Assembly (NCBI GenBank): GCA_944372585.1
Contig: CALVZQ010000005.1
Coordinates: forward strand, 37,279 to 101,278
From: an uncultured Clostridia bacterium
GTDB taxonomy: Bacteria; Bacillota; Clostridia; Christensenellales; UBA1242
Direction: 5' to 3'
DNA length: 64,000 bases
The notes below the pieces were generated by a model. The model worked only from the letters and a program-made list of their open reading frames with translations, was not told the DNA's origin and ran no database searches. Positions 29,925-39,382 of the stretch are shown piece after piece; the first letter of the stretch is position 1, and the number at the start of each line of letters is the position of its first letter. The translations under genes and the position numbers were made by a program.

Positions 29925-30929
29925 GTGATGAAAAAATTTAAGTATGCCATTGAAATGGGTGGCGGTTACACATGTATTTATGTCAAAGACGAAGGTTTGG
30001 CTTTGAAAGAACCAACCTTGATTGCTGCAGAACCTACTGAAGATGGTTACAAAGTCATCGCAATGGGCAATGATGCAAAAAAACTTGTCGGCAAGACAAA
30101 AGAAAATGTGGAAATTTTCACTCCTTCCGCAAGTGGAGAACATTCAAATTATGAATATTCTGTCATTTTGCTCAAACATTTCTTGAGCAAAGTTGGTTTC
30201 AAAGCCTATGAAGATAACGCACTTTTTATCGTTCCTTGCGGACTTACTGCAAGAGAAAAAGAGAACATTTTGAATGTTTGCGAAGGTGCAAACATGGGTT
30301 ATGTCGAACTTATCCCATCTGTGCTTTGCTCTTGCATCGGAGAAGGAAGAAACGTTGACAGTTCAAAAGTCAATATGATTGTGGATATTGGCGGAACAGC
30401 AACAGATATTGCAGCAATCAATATGTCTGCAATTTTGAAAGGTGCCACACTCGGTGTTGGTGGCAGAAACATTGATGCGGCCATTGTCAATTTTCTGGCA
30501 TACACTCAAGAACTTGTGATTGGTTTGCCAACAGCAGAAATGCTTAAGAACGAGGTTGGAAGTCTATACACAAACGACACTTTGAATATGGAAATCACAG
30601 GGGTTGACGCACAGAGCAAATCTCCAAAAACAGTGGTTATTTTGTCTAACGATTTGCGCAGAGCAATTGAGCCATTTTTTAGTGAAATTGTCAGAGCGAT
30701 TGACACAACAATCAATGCTCTACCTCCAGAAATAGTTGCAGACATCATCAACAACAAGATTTTGATTGTTGGTGGGTGTGCAAAAATGCAAGGACTTGAT
30801 GATTATTTGAAAAAACATCTTGGCTATCCTTTTGAGATAAGCGAAGATGTTGACAATGTCACAATTTTGGGAGCAGGGAAACTGCTTTCTGACTCACAAC
30901 TTTTGGCAAGCATAATAAAAAATTTGTAA
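29925..30929 (+). CDS. Divergent MreB-like actin homologue
   Basis: Collinear with MreB (AMGNDAKKLVGKT, VDIGGTATDIAAI, LIVGGCAKMQGL), but the phosphate-1 motif is IEMGGGYT instead of IDLGTANT. Confidence 0.7.
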   Translation: MMKKFKYAIEMGGGYTCIYVKDEGLALKEPTLIAAEPTEDGYKVIAMGNDAKKLVGKTKENVEIFTPSASGEHSNYEYSVILLKHFLSKVGFKAYEDNALFIVPCGLTAREKENILNVCEGANMGYVELIPSVLCSCIGEGRNVDSSKVNMIVDIGGTATDIAAINMSAILKGATLGVGGRNIDAAIVNFLAYTQELVIGLPTAEMLKNEVGSLYTNDTLNMEITGVDAQSKSPKTVVILSNDLRRAIEPFFSEIVRAIDTTINALPPEIVADIINNKILIVGGCAKMQGLDDYLKKHLGYPFEISEDVDNVTILGAGKLLSDSQLLASIIKNL

Positions 30930-30953
30930 AAGAGATTATTTTTGGGAGTTAGT

Positions 30954-31502
30954 ATGGAAAATTATTTCATAATTCATGGCAGTTTTGGTTCAAGTCAAGA
31001 AAATTGGTTTCCTTGGTTGGAAGAAACATTAATCAAAAAGGGAAAACAAGTTTTCAATCTAGATTATCCATGCGGGGGGGGGAATCAAAACTTTAAAAAC
31101 TGGGAATATGTCCTAAATTCAGTTAGAAGATTTATCAATGAAGATAGTGTCTTCTTTTGCCATTCAATTTCTTGCGTCTTTTTAGCAAAATATTTGATTA
31201 AAAATGATTTAAAGGTTGGGAAAGTTGTTTTTGTTTCTGGATTTAACAATTATCTTGGTTTGGACGATGATTTTGATGAAGTGAACTGCACTATGTACAC
31301 AAACAGACTTTCAGAACTAAAAAATCATGCAAACGAGAGAATTTGTTATTATTCTGACTCTGACCCATTTGTCAAATTTTCTTATCTTGAAGATTTTGCA
31401 AAGACTGTTAATGCAGAATGTCATCATGTGAAAGATGCCGGGCATTTTAACCACTCAGCTGGTTATGACAAATTTGAAGAATTATTGAAATATATCAAAT
31501 GA
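30954..31502 (+). CDS. YdeN/RBBP9-like alpha/beta serine hydrolase
   Basis: IIHGSFGSSQENWFPWL start, CHSIS nucleophile-elbow region, DSDPFV, HF..AG near the C-terminus. Confidence 0.6.
   Translation: MENYFIIHGSFGSSQENWFPWLEETLIKKGKQVFNLDYPCGGGNQNFKNWEYVLNSVRRFINEDSVFFCHSISCVFLAKYLIKNDLKVGKVVFVSGFNNYLGLDDDFDEVNCTMYTNRLSELKNHANERICYYSDSDPFVKFSYLEDFAKTVNAECHHVKDAGHFNHSAGYDKFEELLKYIK
31074..31082 (+). repeat. G9 homopolymer tract inside the hydrolase gene
   Basis: tgc ggg ggg ggg aat encodes CGGGN. It is the only long G/C homopolymer I saw in this AT-rich window. Confidence 0.95.
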
Positions 31503-31656
31503 CCTTACTGGTCATTTTTTTATTGCTTGCCGGTTGGAGTTTTTGTCTGTTTTGTGAGAACAATACAAAATTAGACATTTTTTGTTGTTTTTGGCATTTT
31601 TCTTGCTTTGTGACTCTGCTGTGCAAGATTTATAATATCAACAAAGGAGTTTTCTT

Positions 31657-32448
31657 ATGGCAAGAAAAATCGTGGTGACAAGTGGAAAGGGTGGGGTTGG
31701 CAAAACCACTGTCTGTGCAAATTTGGGTGTTTATCTGTCTAGGCTTGGCTTTCGTGTCGTTGTCATTGATGTTGACATAGGACTAAACAATCTTGATGTC
31801 ATCATGGGGCTTGAAAGGCAGGTCATTTTTGACATCACTGATGTTGTTTCTGGCAAATGTCGCGTCAGACAAGCACTTGTGCAAGATCCAAACTTTCCTT
31901 CGCTTTACCTTTTGCCCTCATCACACACATACTCTGCAAGCAAGATAACTGGAGAACACATCAAAAACATTATTGACATAATTGATCACTCTTTTGATTA
32001 CATCTTGATTGATTGTCCTGCTGGTGTTGAGGCGGGGTTTCATCGTGCCGTTTTTCCTGCAAATGAAGCACTTATTGTTGTCACTCCACACCTTTCAAGC
32101 ATCAGAGATGCTGACAAAGTTGTTGGACTTTTGAGTGAATATAACATAGAAAGCAAGGGGCTCGTGATCAATCGTATGCGTGGAGATTTGCTTCTATCTG
32201 GGGAAATGATGAACATTGAAAGCATTGTTAAAGCCATGGGAATTCCGCTTCTCGGAGTCATTCCAGAAGATGACAATGTGTCAAAAATGTCCGCCGATGG
32301 TCGCATTATGACCGATTGTGAAAGTGCAAGAGCATTTACGTTATTGTCTGAGAACATACATAACGGATGCAAGAAAATTTATGACTGCACTTACAAATAT
32401 AGGGGACTTATGGGCTATTTGAAAAGAAGCATAAAAAAACACGTTTGA
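31657..32448 (+). CDS. minD: Septum site-determining ATPase MinD
   Basis: VVTSGKGGVGKTT deviant Walker A, DVDIGLNNLD, LIDCPAG, and a C-terminal amphipathic helix. Confidence 0.9.
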   Translation: MARKIVVTSGKGGVGKTTVCANLGVYLSRLGFRVVVIDVDIGLNNLDVIMGLERQVIFDITDVVSGKCRVRQALVQDPNFPSLYLLPSSHTYSASKITGEHIKNIIDIIDHSFDYILIDCPAGVEAGFHRAVFPANEALIVVTPHLSSIRDADKVVGLLSEYNIESKGLVINRMRGDLLLSGEMMNIESIVKAMGIPLLGVIPEDDNVSKMSADGRIMTDCESARAFTLLSENIHNGCKKIYDCTYKYRGLMGYLKRSIKKHV

Positions 32449-32461
32449 TTTAAGGAGAAAT

Positions 32462-32677
32462 ATGGACAGAATCAATGAACTCTTGATCAGAGACAAATTT
32501 ACAAATCCGCAGTTGGTTGCTGAAGTTTTGAAAGGGGAGGTGGCTCCGATTGCCAGGAATTTTTTTCTGCTTGCAGATGATTTGGTTGTCAGATTCAAAA
32601 GAGAAGGAGAAAATTTTGTTTTTGACATAGAAATCAAGGCGAGCAGAATTAAACCTTTTGGAAACAGAATTGTTTAA
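32462..32677 (+). CDS. minE: MinE-like small protein (tentative)
   Basis: Sits directly after minD with GGAG RBS. The C-terminal half resembles the MinE topological-specificity domain pattern. The N-terminal membrane-targeting segment is not evident. Confidence 0.45.
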   Translation: MDRINELLIRDKFTNPQLVAEVLKGEVAPIARNFFLLADDLVVRFKREGENFVFDIEIKASRIKPFGNRIV

Positions 32678-32706
32678 AAAAACACCTTTTTCAAGGTGTT
32701 TTTTGA
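32678..32706. terminator. Bidirectional terminator
   Basis: AAAAACACCTT-TTTC-AAGGTGTTTTT. Confidence 0.85.
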
Positions 32707-32733
32707 TGTTTTGTGTGAAATTATATTGTGTTT

Positions 32734-33570
32734 TTATATGAAATAAACCATTCCATAGCAGTTTGGCCCGGCATGAGTGCCTACGACACAACCTATTTCG
32801 TTGATTGAAACATTTTCTGGGTCAATTCCAAGTTTTGTGGCATATTTTTTGATGAAATCTTTGATTATGGTTTCATTTGCAGAGTGCCCAAAATAAATTG
32901 GAAAATTTTTATTTCTTTTGTTTGCACATTCCACCATATATTCATTTGCTTTTTCACCAATTTTCTTCGCGACATTGTTGACTTTTCCACCGTCCAAGTT
33001 GATGATTGGTTTGATGTTGAGAACTGATGCGGCGAAATAACTTGCTGTTGAAAGACGACCACCTTGTTTGAGATATTTCAAATCTCCAATCACAGCAATC
33101 AGTTTGACACTGCTTTTGAGTTTTTCGAGATAATCTATCACTTGGTCTGGGGTGGCATCTTTGTGAGATTTGATGAATTTTACAAGTTCAACAATGATTG
33201 CGCCTTCAGCAAATGTTGTCACACGAGAATCGCAAACATAAACATTTTTCATTCCCAAACTTTCAACTGCATTTTTTGCTTGAGCAATTGTTCCGGCAAG
33301 GTCTGACGAAATCACAATTGTGATGACAAACCAATCTTCTTTGTTGACATAAGGTGTGAAGGCTGTTTCAAATTTGTATTGATTTGGTTGACTTGTTTTT
33401 GGAATGATTCCAGTTTCTTTCAGTTTTTTATAGAATTCATCATTTGGAAGCCCTTCAGGATAGAGTTCTCCATTGAAATTGACCTCAATTGGCAAAACTG
33501 TTATATCATTTTCTTCGGCAAAGCCCTTTGGCATGTCGACCGAAGCTTCTGTGACGATTTTGTAGTTCAT
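32734..33570 (-). CDS. DegV-family fatty-acid-binding protein
   Basis: Typical DegV length and pattern (IVTEASVDMP..., SQPN, ISSDLAGT, GGRLS). Confidence 0.85.
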   Translation of the reverse strand: MNYKIVTEASVDMPKGFAEENDITVLPIEVNFNGELYPEGLPNDEFYKKLKETGIIPKTSQPNQYKFETAFTPYVNKEDWFVITIVISSDLAGTIAQAKNAVESLGMKNVYVCDSRVTTFAEGAIIVELVKFIKSHKDATPDQVIDYLEKLKSSVKLIAVIGDLKYLKQGGRLSTASYFAASVLNIKPIINLDGGKVNNVAKKIGEKANEYMVECANKRNKNFPIYFGHSANETIIKDFIKKYATKLGIDPENVSINEIGCVVGTHAGPNCYGMVYFI

Positions 33571-33708
33571 TTGTCTCTCCTATTACTCATATTCATAATA
33601 TCAAAAATGAAATGTAAATGCAAATAATTATACGAAAAAATTTAAAAACTTTTAAGCATTTCATGTTAACAAAATTTTTTGTTTAAAAGAAAAAACCACA
33701 AAAAGTGG

Positions 33709-35391
33709 TTAGTTTTTCTTGAACAATTGTTTTGTGAAATTATACAGCAAAACCACAACGACGAGGTAATAGACAAGTGAAATAAAGAAGTTTCCGTAAG
33801 AATATAGTGCGGTTTTCAGGAAACCTGTTTGCATTGTTCCGCCACCAAGAAAGGCGGTTAGGTCTGCGTGAATGAATGGAAACAAGCAATATGCAAGGGA
33901 ACCATTCAAAAAGATGTTGCAGATTGTCGCAATGACAAAAATACCTACAGAAATTCCAAATGTCAATTCAAATTTTCTTGAAACATTCATCAAAAAGATT
34001 GTGATAACACTGTAGAAAATCACTTGCAATTCAATTCCAATCACTTTGATTATGAAGAACAAAAATGGGTGAATTGTGTAGACTGATGTCAAATTGAATA
34101 CAGCCAAAATTTCGTTTGCAAGTGAAGGAAAAAGCAATGCACCCCATGTTAAACTCAAAATGCTGTAAACTGCCAAAACGAAGGAGGTCGCATAAACTAT
34201 TGCCAAAAATTTTCCTGTGAAAACTTGATTGAAAGTGACATTTTGAGATAAAATTGTGTCCATTTTTCCGTTTCGTCTGTCAAGTCCAAACTGTTTGTAT
34301 GATGCAAAAATTCCAAACAAAATTGTCAAAAATCCAATTATGCTCATGACAAAGTAGGCGTGATCATAGAGCGAAACTTGATAGGAGGCGGTGTTGAAGT
34401 TGAGTGGAACTTGATATTGAGTGTAATACAAACTTTCGTCATTCAAAAAATAGTTTGTTTTTACAAGGGCAAGTTCGGTGTCTTCAATGGAAATTGGTTG
34501 ATAGTGATACAGGTTTTCCAAATCACCAAAATGGCGCTCCAAGGAAAGTCGAAGTTCGTACATGACTGAATATTTTGCACTTTCGCAGGTGAGTTTGTAG
34601 TTTGTGATCAAACTTGTCATCTCTTCCATGTGTGTTGTGTCATAGGTGGTGACTTGATTGTTTAGACTTACGATTTCGTCCAGAATTTGAAGTCTTTTTG
34701 TTGTTGCTTTTTCAATGTACTTTGTTTGGTATTCTTGCAAAAGTTCGCTGTCAACTTTCCAAACAAAAACATGTTTGACAACGCTGTCAATGGAATTGAA
34801 ATTTGAAATGTTGTCATAAAGATTTGTCAAAATTGTTGGTATTGTTTCAGTGGAGTTTGCTTGTTCGTGAAAGAATGTTGAAATGTTTTCCAAAGTTTCA
34901 AATTCGGCAGTTTCAAAAATCAAATTGCTTTCAAATTCTTCCAAACCTTTGAAATATTCCACAAATTCGTCAAGTTCGTTTGAAGCCGTTTTGATTGTTG
35001 TTATGTTGCCGTTTTGTGTGTAGGTGCAACTGCCTGTTGTGTGAAATTTGACAACTTCATAATAAATTTCTTGAAACTGTGAATTGATGTCAGTGAGAAG
35101 GTCATAATCATCACATTCTTGCTGAACACTTATCATTCTTTCGCCATCTTCAAGAATGTCATCAAGTTTAACTTTGTTGTCGTAAGCTTCGTTTGTGGAC
35201 ATAAAGTTGTTGTATATATCTTTTGTGGTCGCCCCCGAAATGGTTGCTGTGTAGGCAGGAGTAGGTTCAATCTTGTAGACAAGTCCAGTGATTAGACAGA
35301 CGATTAGCACAAGGAGCATTGTTCCAATTGTGAATGGGTTGACAATCAATCTTTTGAAGTCATAGGAGGCGATTTTGAAAATTTTTTTCAC
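33709..35391 (-). CDS. ABC-2-type transporter permease with a large extracytoplasmic domain
   Basis: N-terminal TM segment, ~300-aa soluble insert, five C-terminal TM segments. Overlaps the upstream ATPase gene by 4 nt. Confidence 0.65.
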   Translation of the reverse strand: MKKIFKIASYDFKRLIVNPFTIGTMLLVLIVCLITGLVYKIEPTPAYTATISGATTKDIYNNFMSTNEAYDNKVKLDDILEDGERMISVQQECDDYDLLTDINSQFQEIYYEVVKFHTTGSCTYTQNGNITTIKTASNELDEFVEYFKGLEEFESNLIFETAEFETLENISTFFHEQANSTETIPTILTNLYDNISNFNSIDSVVKHVFVWKVDSELLQEYQTKYIEKATTKRLQILDEIVSLNNQVTTYDTTHMEEMTSLITNYKLTCESAKYSVMYELRLSLERHFGDLENLYHYQPISIEDTELALVKTNYFLNDESLYYTQYQVPLNFNTASYQVSLYDHAYFVMSIIGFLTILFGIFASYKQFGLDRRNGKMDTILSQNVTFNQVFTGKFLAIVYATSFVLAVYSILSLTWGALLFPSLANEILAVFNLTSVYTIHPFLFFIIKVIGIELQVIFYSVITIFLMNVSRKFELTFGISVGIFVIATICNIFLNGSLAYCLFPFIHADLTAFLGGGTMQTGFLKTALYSYGNFFISLVYYLVVVVLLYNFTKQLFKKN

Positions 35392-36314
35392 GATTCGTCC
35401 TCCTTGTAGTAAGGTGCAAGATTTGCAAAAATCTTTTCTGATTTTTTGCTTAGATATCCTGCTTTGTAGATGGCAATTTTTTTCTTTGTGACAAATTTGA
35501 CAATGTCCGCCACTGTGTCTTCATCTGCTTCAAACAGAACTTTGTTTCCAAGAAGTTTGACTTTCAATTCAAAATTGTCAATGACAAGCTTTCCGGTGTA
35601 GTGTGGATATTTGACACTTAAGAATGCATAGGTCTTGTTTGTGTCAAATTTTTTGCATTGGTTGTTTGTCAAAACTTCTCTTATGCCTTTGTTTTCCATG
35701 AAGATAAATTTTTCGCAAATATCCTCAATCGTTTCAAGATTTCTTGAAGAAATGATGATGCTTGTTCCTTGTGTTCTGATTTCTTCAATATGCGCTTTAA
35801 TCTCATCAACAGATTCTGGTGGAAGTGATTTGAAGGGTTCGTCCAAAAGCAGCAATTTGGTCTTGGTCAAAAAAGCAAGGGCGAGTGCCATAAGTTTTTT
35901 CTCATAATATGACAAAAACCAAACCTTTGTTTTCATTTTGTGTGCAAGGTTGAATTTGTTTAAAACTTTGATTATTTGTTCTTTGTTTACATTGTCATTC
36001 AGACTGCAAAGATATTTGAAATTTTCGTAAACTGATTGATATTTGAAAAACATTGGAGGATCAAGACAAATGGCAACATCTTTCAAAACACTGTTGTCTT
36101 GCAATATGTCCTTTCCTTCAATGATGACATTTCCTGAGCTTATTGGCAAAGAACCTGTTATTGCCTTCAGAAGACTGGTTTTTCCTGACTTATCTTCTCC
36201 GATAAGACCATAACATTCTCCGCTGTTCATCGAAAAATTGACATTCTTCAAAAGAAAGCGATCTTTTATCAAAACTGTGAGTCCCTTGACCTCTAAAATT
36301 TTGTTTTCACTCAT
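35388..36314 (-). CDS. ABC transporter ATP-binding protein
   Basis: Walker A GEDKSGKTS, signature-like LSYYEKKL, Walker B LLLLDEP. Confidence 0.85.
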   Translation of the reverse strand: MSENKILEVKGLTVLIKDRFLLKNVNFSMNSGECYGLIGEDKSGKTSLLKAITGSLPISSGNVIIEGKDILQDNSVLKDVAICLDPPMFFKYQSVYENFKYLCSLNDNVNKEQIIKVLNKFNLAHKMKTKVWFLSYYEKKLMALALAFLTKTKLLLLDEPFKSLPPESVDEIKAHIEEIRTQGTSIIISSRNLETIEDICEKFIFMENKGIREVLTNNQCKKFDTNKTYAFLSVKYPHYTGKLVIDNFELKVKLLGNKVLFEADEDTVADIVKFVTKKKIAIYKAGYLSKKSEKIFANLAPYYKEDES

Positions 36315-36418
36315 GGAATAATTATATCAAACGAGGCAACAAATGTAAAGGGGTTTTTGAAATTTTAAGGTCGGGGAGAAACATTGGAAAACAAACAAAA
36401 AAAAGGCAAGAATGCCTT

Positions 36419-36952
36419 TTAATCTGTGTTGATCAAGTTTTCAAAGATGTATTCATATATGTTTGGGGCGTTTTGTCGCCATTTTTTGCAAGCCTCTTCT
36501 GCTGCTTGTCGGGTTGGGGCTTTGACTTGAATTTCAAAAAGCGGGGTGTTGATCAAACTTTCATAGATTCTCATTGTCACAAGATATGAGCCATCATCAG
36601 CGTCTGTGTAGTTGGCGTAGTATTCCTGTGACTGTTTGATGGAAAGTCTGTTTGCTTTGGCATAGTTTGTGATTTCATCACGAAGATTGTTTGGAATTCT
36701 TTTATAGAAATATGACAGACAGTCTCTTCCTTCAAAAGTGAGGTTATATCTCATTTCCCCCTCTTTGCACTCGGTTTTGTAGATGAGTTTTGCTTCAGAA
36801 AGTTGATATAACAGGTCAAGGCAGTCCATGTAGTTTATCCAATTGTTTTTGACAGAACAAATTTCAATGATAGAGTTTTCTGTCAATGGCATTTCCATTT
36901 TGTCCATACAGAAAAGAATTATCAATTTGTTGGTCACTGCATCATAATCCAT
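36419..36952 (-). CDS. DUF4364-like (PadR-like winged-helix) protein
   Basis: ATG after GGAGA (the listed ORF starts 9 codons upstream). NKLIILFCMDKMEMPLTENSIIEI... resembles DUF4364 N-termini. Confidence 0.45.
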   Translation of the reverse strand: MDYDAVTNKLIILFCMDKMEMPLTENSIIEICSVKNNWINYMDCLDLLYQLSEAKLIYKTECKEGEMRYNLTFEGRDCLSYFYKRIPNNLRDEITNYAKANRLSIKQSQEYYANYTDADDGSYLVTMRIYESLINTPLFEIQVKAPTRQAAEEACKKWRQNAPNIYEYIFENLINTD

Positions 36953-37128
36953 AAAATCTCCAAAAATGTATATATGCATTTTATCTTAATTACAAAAAAA
37001 AATCAATTTTTTGTGACTTGTTTGCAAATTAATTTGCTTTTTTGGTTTTATATGCTAAAATATTATGTATTAATTGACTGGCAATTTCACAAGTTTTGTG
37101 ATATCATCAGCCAAGTGTGGAGGTTTTC

Positions 37129-37956
37129 ATGGAAGCAAAAAACATTCTTGATGTAGAAAAATTTGTTTTGGCTTGTAATGATATGTTGAGTGGAAAATTT
37201 CTTGACCTTAACAAAAAACTTGACAAATTCCTTTCTGTGATGACAAAGAGTGAAGACATAATCGATCTTCTTTCCGATTGTTTGGAAGATTTTGATGAAG
37301 AAGCGGAATTTTCAAAAGCTTTTTCTGTGGACAAGAAAACCGGAAGTGTGAAGGTTGCAATCCCAACTGATGACAAAAAAAGATTGGCTCTTTCTGTGAC
37401 CATTTTCAATGATATAATCAATGACAAACTCAACGCCAACCAATTTCTTGAAACCTATTTTCAAGACAGAAAACTCACTCCAATGCAAAATTTTTTGGAA
37501 AAGATTATCAAACCATACCGAGATGTGATTTGCAAACTCTTCCAGCTTGACACAAACATCACAGTTGATGACATCAAAAAACAAATTGAAGAAGAAAAAT
37601 TGTTCAAGAAAGAAGAGGAAAAGAAACAAGAAGAAGCACAATTTCCACACCTTGACGAACTTTTGGCAGAAATTGTCAAGTCTTGCAATCAAATGTTGGC
37701 AATTTTGAAGTTTGAGAAGAAGAGAACTGATGTGCTTGACGATGTTGAATTTGTTGTCAATTCCATTTTGAAAGCCTGTGAGAAACGAGATTTGATGGTC
37801 ATCAATGGTCTTGTGATTGGGCTTAATTATGTTTCCAAAAAATTTAAAAACATCAGACATCTTGTTGCCGATTTGAATGGACTTATTTATGATTATTATG
37901 AATATCTTGCAGGTGGTAATGATGCCACCACTCAAGAAGGTTTGGAAGAAGAATAA
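37129..37956 (+). CDS. Hypothetical acidic helical protein (275 aa)
   Basis: ATG 5 nt after GTGGAGG. Central EEEKLFKKEEEKKQEE linker. No motif recognised. Confidence 0.5.
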   Translation: MEAKNILDVEKFVLACNDMLSGKFLDLNKKLDKFLSVMTKSEDIIDLLSDCLEDFDEEAEFSKAFSVDKKTGSVKVAIPTDDKKRLALSVTIFNDIINDKLNANQFLETYFQDRKLTPMQNFLEKIIKPYRDVICKLFQLDTNITVDDIKKQIEEEKLFKKEEEKKQEEAQFPHLDELLAEIVKSCNQMLAILKFEKKRTDVLDDVEFVVNSILKACEKRDLMVINGLVIGLNYVSKKFKNIRHLVADLNGLIYDYYEYLAGGNDATTQEGLEEE

Positions 37957-37987
37957 TTTTACGCAATGTAAAATTATTTTTTTGTTT
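37954..37987 (+). terminator. AT-rich terminator separating 37129..37956 from the DUF11 operon
   Basis: TAATTTTAC-GCAAT-GTAAAATTA followed by T7. Confidence 0.6.
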
Positions 37988-38041
37988 TAAAAAACATATT
38001 TTCAATTTTTGAATAGAATGATTTTGACAGGAGAAAAACTT

Positions 38042-39364
38042 ATGTCATTCATTCAAAGATATTCAGATATAAAAAGAGGCGGAATCGTTTTTGTTGGAAA
38101 CACTCTTGGTCTCAGCAAGATTGCAAATCTCAACCAAGCAGGAACTTTGGGTTCTATCGGTGCTTTCACATCTTTGGATACAACTTTGAAAGTTAACGAT
38201 TTCCCTTTTGGTACAACTTTAAATTATTTGCAAAATGGGTCTAGTGCGACTCTTACTCTTCCAGTCGGAAGTTCGGTGTTGTATGCGGAACTTGTTTGGG
38301 GTGGACTTTTTAGGTCAACTGCAAACAACATTTCCAATCTTATTGACAATTCCGTCAATTTCACAACACCAAATGGGCTTCAGGTGATTTCTCCTGATGC
38401 TCTCACAAAGCAAACTTTCAACATCAATGTCAACAACATCACTATCGGCTTTTATGTCAGATCAGCAAATGTCACATCGCTAATTCAAAGTGCTGGAAAT
38501 GGCACATACAGTGTGCAAGGTGTTCCAGCACTGATTGAAGCATTGACAAACAGAACAGACGACACCAATCATGCAGGGTGGACTTTGGCTGTGGTCTATG
38601 CAAATCAAAGTCTTGAATTCAGGAGTTTGAATTTGTGGGTTGGTGGAGAAGTGGTTTCTCCATCGACAGGTGTCACAAACATAACTTTGACAGGATTCAA
38701 ATCGCCAAATGAGCCGATTCCAAACGGAAAAATTTTCGTTTCCGCTCAAGAAGGAGACGCTGTCATATCAGGTGATCAAATGTTGTTTGGTGTCAATGCC
38801 GGAAGTCTTACAAATTTGTCTGGACCAAACAATCCAGTCAATAATTTCTTTTGTTCTCAAATCAACAATGAAAATGGACTTTTGGACACCACGGGAACAT
38901 TTGGAACAAGAAATGCCAACGCAAACACTGGCACGAACACCATTGCGTGCAGGCAGGGTTATGACATCACTGCTGTCGATTTGACAGGAAAAATTCAGCC
39001 AGAACAGTCCACTGCATTCATAAGGTTCACTTCAAGTGGAGACTTGTATGTCCCAAACTGCTTGGCAATCGAGATTGACAACGGGGCAAATCCAAGTTTG
39101 ACGGTGATTAAAAGTGTTGACAAGTCTGTCGCAATTCAAGGTGATATCTTGACTTACACTTCTGTTGTGACAAATGATGGAAGTTTGCCACTTACGGACA
39201 CTTTGTTTACTGATGATATCCCTGTGGGAACACAGTTTGTCGCAAATTCCGTTTTCATTGATGGCGTCAACAATCCAAGCTACAATCCACAAACCGGTTT
39301 TTCGATTGGAAATCTTATTCCAAATCAAAGTGTTATTGTCACTTTTCAAGTTCAAGTTTTATAA
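38042..39364 (+). CDS. DUF11-repeat protein A: ~350-aa unassigned beta-rich N-domain plus one DUF11/TIGR01451 repeat; no signal peptide
   Basis: ATG 8 nt after AGGAG (the listed ORF begins at an upstream TTG). C-terminal LTVIKSVDKSVAIQGDILTYTSVVTNDGSLPLTDTLFTDDIPVGTQFV...VIVTFQVQV. N-domain contains HAGWTLAVVYAN. Confidence 0.7.
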   Translation: MSFIQRYSDIKRGGIVFVGNTLGLSKIANLNQAGTLGSIGAFTSLDTTLKVNDFPFGTTLNYLQNGSSATLTLPVGSSVLYAELVWGGLFRSTANNISNLIDNSVNFTTPNGLQVISPDALTKQTFNINVNNITIGFYVRSANVTSLIQSAGNGTYSVQGVPALIEALTNRTDDTNHAGWTLAVVYANQSLEFRSLNLWVGGEVVSPSTGVTNITLTGFKSPNEPIPNGKIFVSAQEGDAVISGDQMLFGVNAGSLTNLSGPNNPVNNFFCSQINNENGLLDTTGTFGTRNANANTGTNTIACRQGYDITAVDLTGKIQPEQSTAFIRFTSSGDLYVPNCLAIEIDNGANPSLTVIKSVDKSVAIQGDILTYTSVVTNDGSLPLTDTLFTDDIPVGTQFVANSVFIDGVNNPSYNPQTGFSIGNLIPNQSVIVTFQVQVL

Positions 39365-39382
39365 TTTTAGGAGAAAAAAATA

